Positions 39,401-48,965 of a stretch of 64,000 nt of DNA are shown piece by piece. The stretch is taken from the NCBI GenBank assembly GCA_963715435.1, contig OY970243.1:1716320-1780319 (forward strand), given 5' to 3'. Numbering within the stretch: the stretch's first letter is position 1; every line of letters starts with the position of its first letter. The position numbers and the translations under genes are program-made. The DNA comes from Vulcanimicrobiota bacterium (GTDB lineage Bacteria; Vulcanimicrobiota; Vulcanimicrobiia; Vulcanimicrobiales; Vulcanimicrobiaceae). The notes below the pieces were generated by a model, which was given only the letters and a program-made list of their open reading frames with translations, did no database searches and was not told the DNA's origin.

Positions 39401-40813
39401 ATGAGCGTCTACGAATTCGGACCATTCTTGCTCGATTCCGAGCGCATGCTGCTGCTCGATCGCGGCGAACCCGTATCGCTCGGACCAAAAGTCGTCGAGA
39501 CGCTGCTCGCACTGATCGAGCATCCCGGCGAAGTGCTCACCAAGAGTGCGCTGCTCGATCGCATCTGGCCCGAAGGTTACGTCGACGAAGCGAATCTGGC
39601 GCAAAACGTTTACGTGCTGCGTAAGACCTTGCGCGCGCGCTGGGACACCGACGCAATCGAGACGATCCCGCGCCGAGGATACCGTTTCGCGCGCATCGTT
39701 GCTCGCCGTGAGAATTTGCCGCTGGCCGAGCCGGCTGCGGCTTTGCGGCGCCGCCCGGTCTGGGGCTTTGCTGCTGCCGCGGGCGCGGCATTCCTACTGG
39801 TGGCGATACTCCTAGCGGCCGCACTCGTCCCTCACGGCGCTTCGGCTCGCACCGCGCTCTCGCCCGAAGGCGCGCGGTTGTACGAAATCGGCCGCTATTA
39901 CTGGAACATGCGGACGCCCGACGGCATGCAAAAGAGCCTGCAGTATTTCGGGCGCGTAGTCGATACCGATCCGCACAACCCGCGCGGATACGCCGCGCTC
40001 GCCTCGGCGAACGCGCTGATGGCGGACTACGAATACGGCAGTGCCGCGCCAAAGACGTATTACGCGCGGGCGCAGGCCTACGCGCGTAAGGCGCTTGCAA
40101 TCGATTCCAGCTCCGGCGAAGCTTATGCCGTGCTCGGCATGATCGGGTCGATGAAATACTCGACGGACGAGGATATGGCAAACGCGCTCGATCAGCTCGA
40201 GCGCGCGATTGCGCTCGACCCCGGCAGCGGTCCGGCGCACGAATGGTACGGCGTCGCGCTGTTCGAGCGCGGCCGTTTCAACGACGCGTACTCGCAACTG
40301 CGTACTGCCGCCCAGCTCGATCCGCTTTCGGTCGCGACGTCGGCGTGGTTGAGCAGCGCCGCCTATCACGAGCATCGGTACGATGACGCGATTGCTTACG
40401 CGCGCGAAACGCTCGATCTCTCGCCGCAGCGGCACGACGTCTTGCAGACGATCGGCTTATCGTACGAGGCGCTGGGCGATCGCGAGCGCGCGCTTGGCGC
40501 GTATCGGAAGCTGGCGCGGTCGTGTTCCGACTGCCGCGCGCAAGCCGCTGCGTTGATGGCCGGCCTCTTCGCGCGCTCGAACCGCATTTCCGATGCGCGC
40601 GCCGAGCTTGCGATAGCGCAGGCGCATCCGAAGGAGGTCTCTCCCGATGACCTCGCAGTGGCCCTGGCCGCAATCGGCGAACGCGCGACCGCGCTGTCGC
40701 TGCTCAGCCGCACGCCGCATGCGTTCGTTCGAGCGGAAATGGCCACCGATCCGCGCTTTGCCGCGCTGCGCGCGGATCCGCGCGTTGCGCAGAAGCTCGG
40801 CGTCGGCTCTTAA
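39401..40813 (+). CDS. CadC/OmpR-type winged-helix transcriptional regulator with TM segment and TPR domain
   Basis: ATG at M34 of ORF 39302..40813, with GGAG 6 nt upstream. trans_reg_C motifs (YEFGPFLLD, LIEHPGEVLTK, RRGYRF), one TM helix, and C-terminal TPR repeats. Confidence 0.75.
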   Translation: MSVYEFGPFLLDSERMLLLDRGEPVSLGPKVVETLLALIEHPGEVLTKSALLDRIWPEGYVDEANLAQNVYVLRKTLRARWDTDAIETIPRRGYRFARIVARRENLPLAEPAAALRRRPVWGFAAAAGAAFLLVAILLAAALVPHGASARTALSPEGARLYEIGRYYWNMRTPDGMQKSLQYFGRVVDTDPHNPRGYAALASANALMADYEYGSAAPKTYYARAQAYARKALAIDSSSGEAYAVLGMIGSMKYSTDEDMANALDQLERAIALDPGSGPAHEWYGVALFERGRFNDAYSQLRTAAQLDPLSVATSAWLSSAAYHEHRYDDAIAYARETLDLSPQRHDVLQTIGLSYEALGDRERALGAYRKLARSCSDCRAQAAALMAGLFARSNRISDARAELAIAQAHPKEVSPDDLAVALAAIGERATALSLLSRTPHAFVRAEMATDPRFAALRADPRVAQKLGVGS

Positions 40814-42447
40814 GCCGTTCCCGTCGCGCGGGCGACGACACGCTCGACCTTTACGAGACGCGTCTTCGTCCAGCGGTCGTGCAGCAGCACGCGGCGCTTG
40901 AAGACGCTCAAAGGCACGATGAGCCACCATAAGAACCCGACGATGATGTAACGAGCGATCGTTCGTAAGATGCCCGGTTTGCGGAAGTCGACCGTAACGA
41001 CGCGCAATCCGGTGATCATCATGCCGAAGGTCTGACCGGCGAGCCCGACGAGCAGCGCAAGATAGACGGGAAGCCAGAAGCCGAAACCAAGCCGCCGCAG
41101 CGCCGCGTTGAGCGTATCGGCATTCAACGGCTCGTACGCTCCAAAAAGATGGAGCATCACGCCGCCGCTTTCACTGACCGCAAATGGACCGACGGTCAAC
41201 GGTGTGGCAGTCGGCGCCGGGGACGCCGTTGGAGAGGGCTGGGCGGTTGGTGCCGACTTTGCGGCGGTAACCGTGCCTTTTCCGTTACGATCTTTGCCGT
41301 TGACGTGTATCGAACCGCCCGGAATATTGATGTCCACGTGTCCCGGCGAGACGTCGGCAACGTCGGAATCGCCGGCGTTGCCGAGCACGCGTACCGGAGC
41401 GACGCTTCCTCCGAACGACGTGATCACGGCGGCTACGACTACCGCATCGATGAGATACGCCGCAGCGCGTCGCCACCAGCCGGCGCAGTCGCGCTCGCCG
41501 ACGGTTGTGGTTCCGGGTGCGGCGACCGCCGGCGGCTCCTCGCCGCGCTCGCGCGCAAACCACGCGCGGGCCGATTCGTATGCGGGTGTCGACATGAACG
41601 CGCGCAGCGACGCGATACGCGTGGTCGCGTAGGGTTCGCTTCCCAGCCACACCCCCCAGCGGAAGATCGTATCCGATTCGATCTCGACCTGCTGCTGCGC
41701 GAAGACGTCGAAATCCACTTTACGCGCAAACTCGTGAAACGCGCTCACGCCCATCGCCCGGATCGCTGCATCGATCGATCCGCAGCAAAGTAAGCCGACC
41801 TTGTCGCACGTCGTCGTGCAGCGCCGCAGCCAGCCGCCGAAGATCAGGGCGACGATCGGGTTCTCGTTGCCGTTGACGCTGAGCAGTGAAAGAAACCGTG
41901 TATGTCCGGCAGCGATGTGTCCGAGCTCGCGGCCGATTGCAAACGCCAATTCGTCGTCTTTGAATACTTCGATCCAATGGCTCGACAGTACGAGCGAATA
42001 CGGTTCGCCGAAACCGAGAGCGGCAACGGGCACGAAGTTATCTTCGCGCACGAAGACCAGCGGCATCGGAATCTCAAGCGCTGCGCATGCGTTCTTGACG
42101 ATGGAGAATACGCGCGGATACTGCGCTTCGTGCACGCGAACGCTCGACCCGAGCAAACGCCCGCGCGCCAAGGTGACGTAGACCATCGCTACGACGATAA
42201 ACAGCGCTACTTGCGACGCACCGATCGATTCGTGCAGCACGTACCCGATTAAAAGTGCGGCTGGTAGCGCTAAGATCGCGGTCCACCAAAAGGCTATCCG
42301 CTCGTACGGATCGCGTAAGGAAAATGGACCTTCGAAGAGAGGGATGCCCACGGGTGGGGTTTGGTTGGCTCTGGCTGCGGCACCCGCCGTTCGGCGAGTC
42401 GCGGCCCCGCTATCCCTCGGGACGCGCGCGTTTTTGCATCCGGGCAA
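40810..42447 (-). CDS. M48-like peptidase domain (HExxH replaced by RELGH) fused to RDD domain
   Basis: AFAIGRELGHIAAGH aligns to the M48 HELGH motif with Arg (CGC) at the first His position. C-terminal RDD-type membrane domain (WWRRAAAYLIDAVV). Start is uncertain: ATG 42447 or GTG 42351. Confidence 0.65.
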   Translation of the reverse strand: MPGCKNARVPRDSGAATRRTAGAAARANQTPPVGIPLFEGPFSLRDPYERIAFWWTAILALPAALLIGYVLHESIGASQVALFIVVAMVYVTLARGRLLGSSVRVHEAQYPRVFSIVKNACAALEIPMPLVFVREDNFVPVAALGFGEPYSLVLSSHWIEVFKDDELAFAIGRELGHIAAGHTRFLSLLSVNGNENPIVALIFGGWLRRCTTTCDKVGLLCCGSIDAAIRAMGVSAFHEFARKVDFDVFAQQQVEIESDTIFRWGVWLGSEPYATTRIASLRAFMSTPAYESARAWFARERGEEPPAVAAPGTTTVGERDCAGWWRRAAAYLIDAVVVAAVITSFGGSVAPVRVLGNAGDSDVADVSPGHVDINIPGGSIHVNGKDRNGKGTVTAAKSAPTAQPSPTASPAPTATPLTVGPFAVSESGGVMLHLFGAYEPLNADTLNAALRRLGFGFWLPVYLALLVGLAGQTFGMMITGLRVVTVDFRKPGILRTIARYIIVGFLWWLIVPLSVFKRRVLLHDRWTKTRLVKVERVVARATGTA

Positions 42448-42589
42448 AAACGCTACTCGCTTCGGCCTTCGCTGACGCCCTCCGTGGCTTCGCTCGGCCC
42501 TCAGACGCCCTCGGGATTAGCGGGTGCCGCTCCGGCCGGTGATAGCGGATGCCTAAGCCGCGCCAACAAATTTATTTTTCGGCTGGGGG

Positions 42590-42636
42590 TTGACCGGGGC
42601 GTATGCATGCATTATTGTACTAGTGTACTAGTTCAA
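42590..42636 (+). promoter_or_regulatory. sigma70-like promoter (TTGACC-17-TATTGT) overlapped by a 22-bp near-palindromic operator
   Basis: TTGACC at 42590-42595 and TATTGT at 42613-42618. ttgtactagtgtactagttcaa (42615-42636) is self-complementary at 18/22 positions and contains a tandem GTACTAGT. Confidence 0.45.
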
Positions 42637-42673
42637 TAAGAGATTGGACTAGGCGTCCCGAAAGGATACCACT

Positions 42674-42793
42674 ATGATCCGGTTCACGACCAACCGCCCC
42701 GACCCCGAAATGGCCCGCGAGGCCCGCACCCCCGTTCGTCTGCCCGAGCAGATGGCGTCCGGTCTCTTCCAAGGCTGGGGCCCGAAGTTCTAA
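42674..42793 (+). CDS. untracked 39-aa ORF (candidate small peptide 'B'), first gene of the GntR/ABC operon
   Basis: Hand translation gives MIRFTTNRPDPEMAREARTPVRLPEQMASGLFQGWGPKF. AAAGGA lies 7 nt upstream of the ATG. 34 of 39 third positions are G/C by hand count. The stop is 15 nt before the gntR ATG. Confidence 0.5.
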   Translation: MIRFTTNRPDPEMAREARTPVRLPEQMASGLFQGWGPKF

Positions 42794-42808
42794 GGTACCG
42801 CAGCTAAG

Positions 42809-43215
42809 ATGCCGGCCGTCCTCACGGTCGATCCGCGCAGTGGAGTTCCAATCTACCTGCAGATCATCGAGCAGATCAAACGATCCGTCGCTCTGGGGAT
42901 CTTGCAAGCGGGCGAACAGCTCCCTACCGTCAAGCAGTTAGCGTTGGATCTTACCGTCAACCCGAACACCGTTGCGCGAGCCTATCGCGATCTCGAACGC
43001 GACAGCGTCATCGAGACATCCCCCGGAAGGGGATCGTTCGTCCGCGGCAACGGTGTAGCGTCTTCGGCGAAAGCCGCCGCGAATGACATCGCACGCGACG
43101 CGATCGACGCGGCCTTACGCGAAGCCAAGTCGGTCGGACTCTCCCGCAGCGACCTGCGCGAACTCATCGATGCCGCCGTCAACCGGTGGTTCCCGGAGGA
43201 GCAACAGCAGCTTCC

Positions 43216-43219
<4 letters not shown>
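42809..43219 (+). CDS. GntR-family transcriptional regulator, YtrA subfamily
   Basis: 136 aa. PIYLQIIEQIKRSV...LPTVKQLALDLTVNPNTVARAYRDLE forms the winged HTH, followed by a short C-terminal helical domain. Confidence 0.85.
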
Positions 43220-44084
<865 letters not shown>

Positions 44085-44088
<4 letters not shown>

Positions 44089-45149
44089 GTTACGTCGAGT
44101 GGCTGCGCGTTCGCGGCTGTTTAAAGTGGACGGCGATCGTGCTGGTCGTATGCGTGGCATTCGTTCTCTTCGCGCGTTTCACGTTTCTCGAGATCCGTCC
44201 GAACCAGCACGGCTTCTCCGGCATCTTTATCGGCAGCCAAGATCTGGCGGACTTCGAGCGCGGCTCCAACCAGACGCAAACCAAGCTTCGCGACGGGACG
44301 TTCCGGACCGTTATCGACAACGCCGTGACCGGCACGCGCATTACGATCGACGATCACGGCTACTGGGGCAAGCACGTCGAGATTTTCGAAAAGAAGCCGC
44401 CCGCCGGCGTCCACCCGACGAAGATCGGCTTCGCCGACATTCACGCGCAGCGTCTCACGGTTCCCGGCGGCAGTCTGGTGAAGATCGACACGGGCGCGCT
44501 CGTTCCCGAAGACTTGGACTACTATTTTATTATGGCGGCGATCGTCGCGTTGATCGTAGCCACGATTTTGGGGGCTCCGTTCGCGCGCGAGAACGAGGGA
44601 CACCTCGAACTTGCCCTCACCAAGCCGATCTCGCGCATCAATCTCGCACTGCAAACGATAGCGAGCGACTTCGCGGGTATCGTCGCGGCGTGGGTGATGA
44701 CCGTAATATTCCTTATCATCGGTCATACGATATTCGAAGCACCGAACTATACCTACGGTCCGACCGACACCGTCGTGCTTGTCGTCGGTCTGCTCGGCGC
44801 ATTCTCGTGGTACGCGCTGCTCAACGCTTCAACGGCATCGATGAAGCGCGCTTACGGCGGAGTACTCGGCACGGCATGGCCGGTCGCGATCGGGCTGAGC
44901 GGCATCGCTCACGCCCCGTTGGGAGACTCGCCGCTCGCCGATTTCATTCGTTGGGTCGGCACGACGCTGTCGTGGCTGTTTCCGATCACCTATCTGCACT
45001 TTGCGTCCATCTCCGGAATCGCATCGCGAGAGCATAGCGCGCTTACGACGTCTCCGCTCCCGCCTGAAGCCGTCATCGTTATTCTGGCCGTTCTCGCTCT
45101 CGTTTACGGCGCGGCCGCCATCTACCAGTGGCGGCGCGTGGAGGCTTAA
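44085..45149 (+). CDS. ABC-2-like permease, paralog 1
   Basis: ATGA overlap with the ATPase gene. N-terminal TM, a ~130-aa external loop, then five TM helices. Paralogous to 45309..46337. Confidence 0.6.
44094..44119 (+). repeat. 26-nt exact repeat, copy 1 (5' end of permease paralog 1)
   Basis: gtcgagtggctgcgcgttcgcggctg is identical to 45318..45343. Confidence 0.9.
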
Positions 45150-45155
45150 ACCGTC

Positions 45156-45308
45156 ATGGAGATCTTAGGAACCAACTTCACCCTTTCGCTCGGCGCTTGG
45201 AGGCTCCGTTTCGTGCTGGCGATTGAAGACACCGAGGCACAGCCTGTGCCGCGAGCGCATGTGCCGCATCGCATGCGCGTCGTTCCCGAAGACGAGTACG
45301 TCCGCTAA
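45156..45308 (+). CDS. 50-aa inter-paralog ORF, possibly a relic of a duplicated ABC ATPase 3' end
   Basis: MEILGTNFTLSLGAWRLRFVLAIEDTEAQPVPRAHVPHRMRVVPEDEYVR, with its stop TAA abutting the next ATG. Its tail ...MRVVPEDEYV resembles the ATPase tail ...VRVVDLNLEDIFLY, and the 10-mer tgcgcgtcgt is shared. Confidence 0.25.
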   Translation: MEILGTNFTLSLGAWRLRFVLAIEDTEAQPVPRAHVPHRMRVVPEDEYVR

Positions 45309-46337
45309 ATGGGCTATGTCGAGTGGCTGCGCGTTCGCGGCTGCCTGAAGTGGGTCGCGATCGTGCTCGGCGCACTCTTTCTCATCGGGGTCATCCTGCG
45401 CGTCGCGCTTGTGGGTCGCCAAGACTACACGAGTTGGGCTGTTAATCTCAAATCCGATCCCGGCTCGAAAGTGACGGAGACGACGCTGCCGAACGGAACG
45501 CGGCGCACGGCGATCGAGGACCCCGCCAAGCAGTTGCGCGTCATCGTATTCGACCGCGGCTGGCAAGGCAAGCGCATCGAGATTTACGATTACTCCGAGC
45601 ACGGCTCCAACGACTTGAAACACGTCGGGGTGGTGATGGGTTCGGTCAACGTTAATCGCTTGCCGTCGGGGCACGGAACGTTCACCGTCATCGACACCAA
45701 CGGCGAGACCGACTTCATCAGCTACGTGGTCGGCGCCGCATTTGCCGCTTTCATCGTCGCGACGGTGCTCGGTGCGCCGTTCGCACGCGAGGGCGACGGG
45801 CACTTAGAGATCGCGCTCACCAAGCCGGTCCCGCGCTCGCGCTATAGCATGGAAGCGTTGGGGATCGATGCGCTGGGTATCGTCGCGGCCTTCTTCACGA
45901 CCATCGTTTTCGCGATCGCCGTCCACGCCATTTTCGAAATACCGCACATCGTCTTCACCGCGAGCGATGCATTGGCGCTGATGGTTGCAATCCTGGCTCC
46001 GATAGCGTGGTATGCGATGTTATCGGCTGCTACGGCTTCGTTGCGGCGCGGCTACGGCGCGGTACTCGGCTTCGCGTGGCCGGTCGCAGGCGTACTGCTG
46101 GCGCTGGGTTACGCACAACCCGACGGAAACGCCATTCTAGCGATCGTTCACAACATCGCCTGGGTGTTCGATCTTTTTAACCCTCTCGCGCACATCAGTC
46201 TGCATCACGAGGACATCCAAATCGGCGGTCCGGCGGTCTTCGGCATTTCATACGAAAATCAGATCGCCGTGCTGGCCATCCTGACAATCCTGTACGGCGC
46301 CCTGTCGATCGTGCAGTGGCGCCGCATCCAAGCATAG
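45309..46337 (+). CDS. ABC-2-like permease, paralog 2
   Basis: Same topology as 44085..45149. N-terminus MGYVEWLRVRGCLKW compares with MSYVEWLRVRGCLKW in paralog 1. Conserved E(L/I)ALTKP and STASxxRxYG blocks. Confidence 0.6.
   Translation: MGYVEWLRVRGCLKWVAIVLGALFLIGVILRVALVGRQDYTSWAVNLKSDPGSKVTETTLPNGTRRTAIEDPAKQLRVIVFDRGWQGKRIEIYDYSEHGSNDLKHVGVVMGSVNVNRLPSGHGTFTVIDTNGETDFISYVVGAAFAAFIVATVLGAPFAREGDGHLEIALTKPVPRSRYSMEALGIDALGIVAAFFTTIVFAIAVHAIFEIPHIVFTASDALALMVAILAPIAWYAMLSAATASLRRGYGAVLGFAWPVAGVLLALGYAQPDGNAILAIVHNIAWVFDLFNPLAHISLHHEDIQIGGPAVFGISYENQIAVLAILTILYGALSIVQWRRIQA
45318..45343 (+). repeat. 26-nt exact repeat, copy 2 (5' end of permease paralog 2)
   Basis: Identical to 44094..44119. 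Confidence 0.9.
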
Positions 46338-46438
46338 TCCTAAAGTCCCGCGCAGCAAAAGATAGGTACTTTCCCCAGTACCGGCCTTGACGGCTACCGG
46401 GTAGCATAAGACTGGGCCGAAAAGGATTTATCTTTCCG

Positions 46439-46732
46439 ATGAGCAGCACGAACGAACGCTTCTACGTCCTGGACGAGGGATATAGGCTAATATTGGCGCC
46501 GCCGCCGGCGCCAGACGATCCTATGAACGAGTTGTATGAAGCGACGACCGCGGCGGACGCCCTGCCGCCCGAGATCGATTACGCCGTTAGGAACTTGACG
46601 AGGGGTTGGGACCGCGATAGTGCACCGAAAGAAGCGTCGATGATGGTGAGCGGCATGTGGCTTTCGGTCGCGCCGCTGCAGGGGCCGGTCGGGCCGCACT
46701 TCGCGATCCGCGTAGAACGCGCAGTCGCTTAA
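46439..46732 (+). CDS. hypothetical 97-aa protein immediately upstream of TfuA
   Basis: ORF with high third-position GC. No recognisable family. Pro-rich segment APPPAPDDP. Confidence 0.5.
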   Translation: MSSTNERFYVLDEGYRLILAPPPAPDDPMNELYEATTAADALPPEIDYAVRNLTRGWDRDSAPKEASMMVSGMWLSVAPLQGPVGPHFAIRVERAVA

Positions 46733-46777
46733 CACAGCGCTGCAGGCTTGCATTTGCGGCTCGCAAAGTTGCCGCAC

Positions 46778-47410
46778 ATGAGCGCCTGCTCGCTCTGCGT
46801 GTTCTGCGGCCCTTCGTTGCCGCCTGAAGATCGCGTGGTGTCGCCGAGCGTCGTTTACGTGCCGCCCGCGAGTCGCGGAGATGTGGCTCGTGCTGCAGAA
46901 CGCTTCGACGCGTTGCTCATTATCGACGGCGTTTTCCATCACGATCTGGCACCGACGCCGCGGGAAGTGTACGATGCACTCGTGCGCGCTCGCGTTTTCG
47001 GAGCGTCCAGCATGGGTGCGCTACGTGCGGCCGAGTGCGCAGCGTACGGCGCGGTTCCGCTCGGCATAATCGCCCGTTGGTATCTGCGCGAGACGATCGA
47101 CGGCGACGATGAGGTCGCCGTACTGGTCGACCCGCAGACGCAGCGGACGCTCACGGTGCCCAGCGTCAACGTCCGGTACGTTGCGGCGCTGGCAGTTCGG
47201 CGCGGCTTGATGGATCGTACGTCGGCGAGTGAGTGGGTAAGCAGCGCGCGCGACATTTTTTACATGGATCGAACCTGGGAGAGTGCGATCGAACGCGCAC
47301 CGCTCAAAGTACGCAAAGCGTTGGGCCTCATCGCATGTAAAGAAGGCGACCTCAAACGCTGGGACGCGCGCTTCGCACTTCGTTCCGTACGAAGGCGTTT
47401 AGCCGCATGA
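46778..47410 (+). CDS. TfuA-like protein
   Basis: ATG at M11 of ORF 46748..47410. CVFCGPSL..., PPASRGDV, IIDGVF and GASSMGALRAAE are TfuA-domain hallmarks. Confidence 0.8.
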   Translation: MSACSLCVFCGPSLPPEDRVVSPSVVYVPPASRGDVARAAERFDALLIIDGVFHHDLAPTPREVYDALVRARVFGASSMGALRAAECAAYGAVPLGIIARWYLRETIDGDDEVAVLVDPQTQRTLTVPSVNVRYVAALAVRRGLMDRTSASEWVSSARDIFYMDRTWESAIERAPLKVRKALGLIACKEGDLKRWDARFALRSVRRRLAA

Positions 47411-48675
47411 CTGCGTTGCAGTTGCCGTCGTCCGAGCTTAAAGCGCCCGGTTCGTACGACCGCAGCGTTTCCGTGGAGAAAACGCTCGCCGTCGTACCAG
47501 AGCTTCGCCGGCGTTTCGGTATCACTCGCCTCGCCGACACGACTCGGCTGGACCGGCCGGATATTCCCACCTTCTCGGCCGTCGTTCCGCATTCGGATCT
47601 GCTGAGCGTATTCAACGGCAAAGGTGCGACGCGTGACGCTGCGCTCGTGAGCGCCGTGATGGAAGCTGTGGAACGGCAAGTGATGGGGGCGCCCGCCGTT
47701 GCAACGCACCGTCGCCGGGTCCGCGACGTGTGCCGCGTTCTCGATCTCGACGCGCTGGGACTGTTGCCGCAAGCGCGGGATCTCGAAGCGCAATGCGCGT
47801 GGGGCACGGATCTGCTTTCCGGCGACGACGTACCGGTGCCGATGCATGCGATCCAATGTCCTTGGTATGGCGAGCGGCTTTTTCCGATGTCGAGCAGCAA
47901 CGGCGTAGCCGCGGGAAATACGTTGACTGAAGCGCTCTATCACGGCCTGGCAGAGCTCGTCGAGCGTCACGTGTGGTCGCTGTTTTACGTGCGCTGCGAG
48001 CTAGTTCCGCGGTTTTACCGGCCTGATGCGATCGATAGCGCCGCGGCGGAGATGCTCTCTTTTCCGACCGGCGACGCCTATATCGATGGACTCGCTCGCC
48101 GCATCGAAGAAGCCGGACTGATACTGCGCGTGATGATCTTGCGGGAGGACGATCTTCCGGTCGTGGCGCTCGCAACGACGATCGAGCCCGGGTCGGACCC
48201 GCCGATGGCTCATCAAGGCTTGGGATGTTCGCTCTCGCCGGCGCACGCCGTCGGTCGCGCGATTACGGAATGCGTTCAGAGCCGTGTCGTCGACATTCAA
48301 GGAGCGCGGGACGATCTTTTGCGCCCCGACGATCCGTCGCGGGTAACCGGCGAACACACGCGGCGTCCGCGCTTATTGCCGAAGGATCGCTGGTTTTTGG
48401 ATCTCCCGGCGCGCGCGCTGATGCTGCACGAAATTTCCGATCGGAGCAGCCGCGATCTGGCCAAAGACCTTCGGCTCGTGCTCGAGCTGCTCGACGAGGC
48501 CGGCCTCGGGCCGATCGTAGCAATCCCCATCTCACCCGCCGATATTCCGGTTTCCGTCGTGCGCATCGTCGCGCTGCGCCTGGAAAATACGTTCAGCTCG
48601 GGCAGAATCGGCCGCCGTGGAACGGCACTCTTTAGTCCATTCCATCTCGTAAAGGAGAAGATGTCATGCCTATGA
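47407..48675 (+). CDS. YcaO-domain protein (TfuA-associated type)
   Basis: ATGA overlap with TfuA. Motifs GKGATRDAALVSAVMEAVER and SSSNGVAAGNTLTEALYHGLAELVERH match the YcaO ATP/Mg-binding core. Confidence 0.85.
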   Translation: MTALQLPSSELKAPGSYDRSVSVEKTLAVVPELRRRFGITRLADTTRLDRPDIPTFSAVVPHSDLLSVFNGKGATRDAALVSAVMEAVERQVMGAPAVATHRRRVRDVCRVLDLDALGLLPQARDLEAQCAWGTDLLSGDDVPVPMHAIQCPWYGERLFPMSSSNGVAAGNTLTEALYHGLAELVERHVWSLFYVRCELVPRFYRPDAIDSAAAEMLSFPTGDAYIDGLARRIEEAGLILRVMILREDDLPVVALATTIEPGSDPPMAHQGLGCSLSPAHAVGRAITECVQSRVVDIQGARDDLLRPDDPSRVTGEHTRRPRLLPKDRWFLDLPARALMLHEISDRSSRDLAKDLRLVLELLDEAGLGPIVAIPISPADIPVSVVRIVALRLENTFSSGRIGRRGTALFSPFHLVKEKMSCL

Positions 48676-48962
48676 CGCCACAGCAAATCAAGAACGTCGC
48701 CACCGGCTTCGTTCACATACTCGTCATGCATTCGGAAGTCTACGACGCATGGATTACCGTCGCTGAGACCGGAAACGCCGCGAGCATCGGAAAGTTTGTA
48801 CAAGACTGCATGTTTCTTCAGAGTGCGCCGACCGAAGACGAGATTGCAGCCATGGACCGTCATCTGGGAACGGCGATGCAGCAAGACGTGGCCACCTTCA
48901 GGCAGATGCGACCGGATGCTCCAGTGGTTCTCGCCATTTGCGGCGAGGAGCACGGCACCTAG
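48666..48962 (+). CDS. hypothetical 98-aa protein overlapping the YcaO stop
   Basis: AAGGAG lies 8 nt upstream of ATG 48666, and the ORF overlaps the ycaO end by 10 nt. Acidic, helical-looking sequence. No family recognised with confidence. Confidence 0.5.
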   Translation: MPMTPQQIKNVATGFVHILVMHSEVYDAWITVAETGNAASIGKFVQDCMFLQSAPTEDEIAAMDRHLGTAMQQDVATFRQMRPDAPVVLAICGEEHGT

Positions 48963-48965
48963 TTA

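Noticed and set aside
42620-42907. 95-aa minus-strand ORF spanning the small ORF B and the gntR start
   Set aside because: It is antisense to two better-supported plus-strand features. It has no SD, and its start lies inside gntR.
46365-46415. Hairpin ggtact-ttcccc-agtacc and a TTGACG hexamer upstream of the 97-aa ORF, considered as terminator plus promoter
   Set aside because: The stem is only 6 bp with no U tract. No acceptable -10 element lies at 16-18 nt spacing from TTGACG, so the evidence is insufficient to call either feature.
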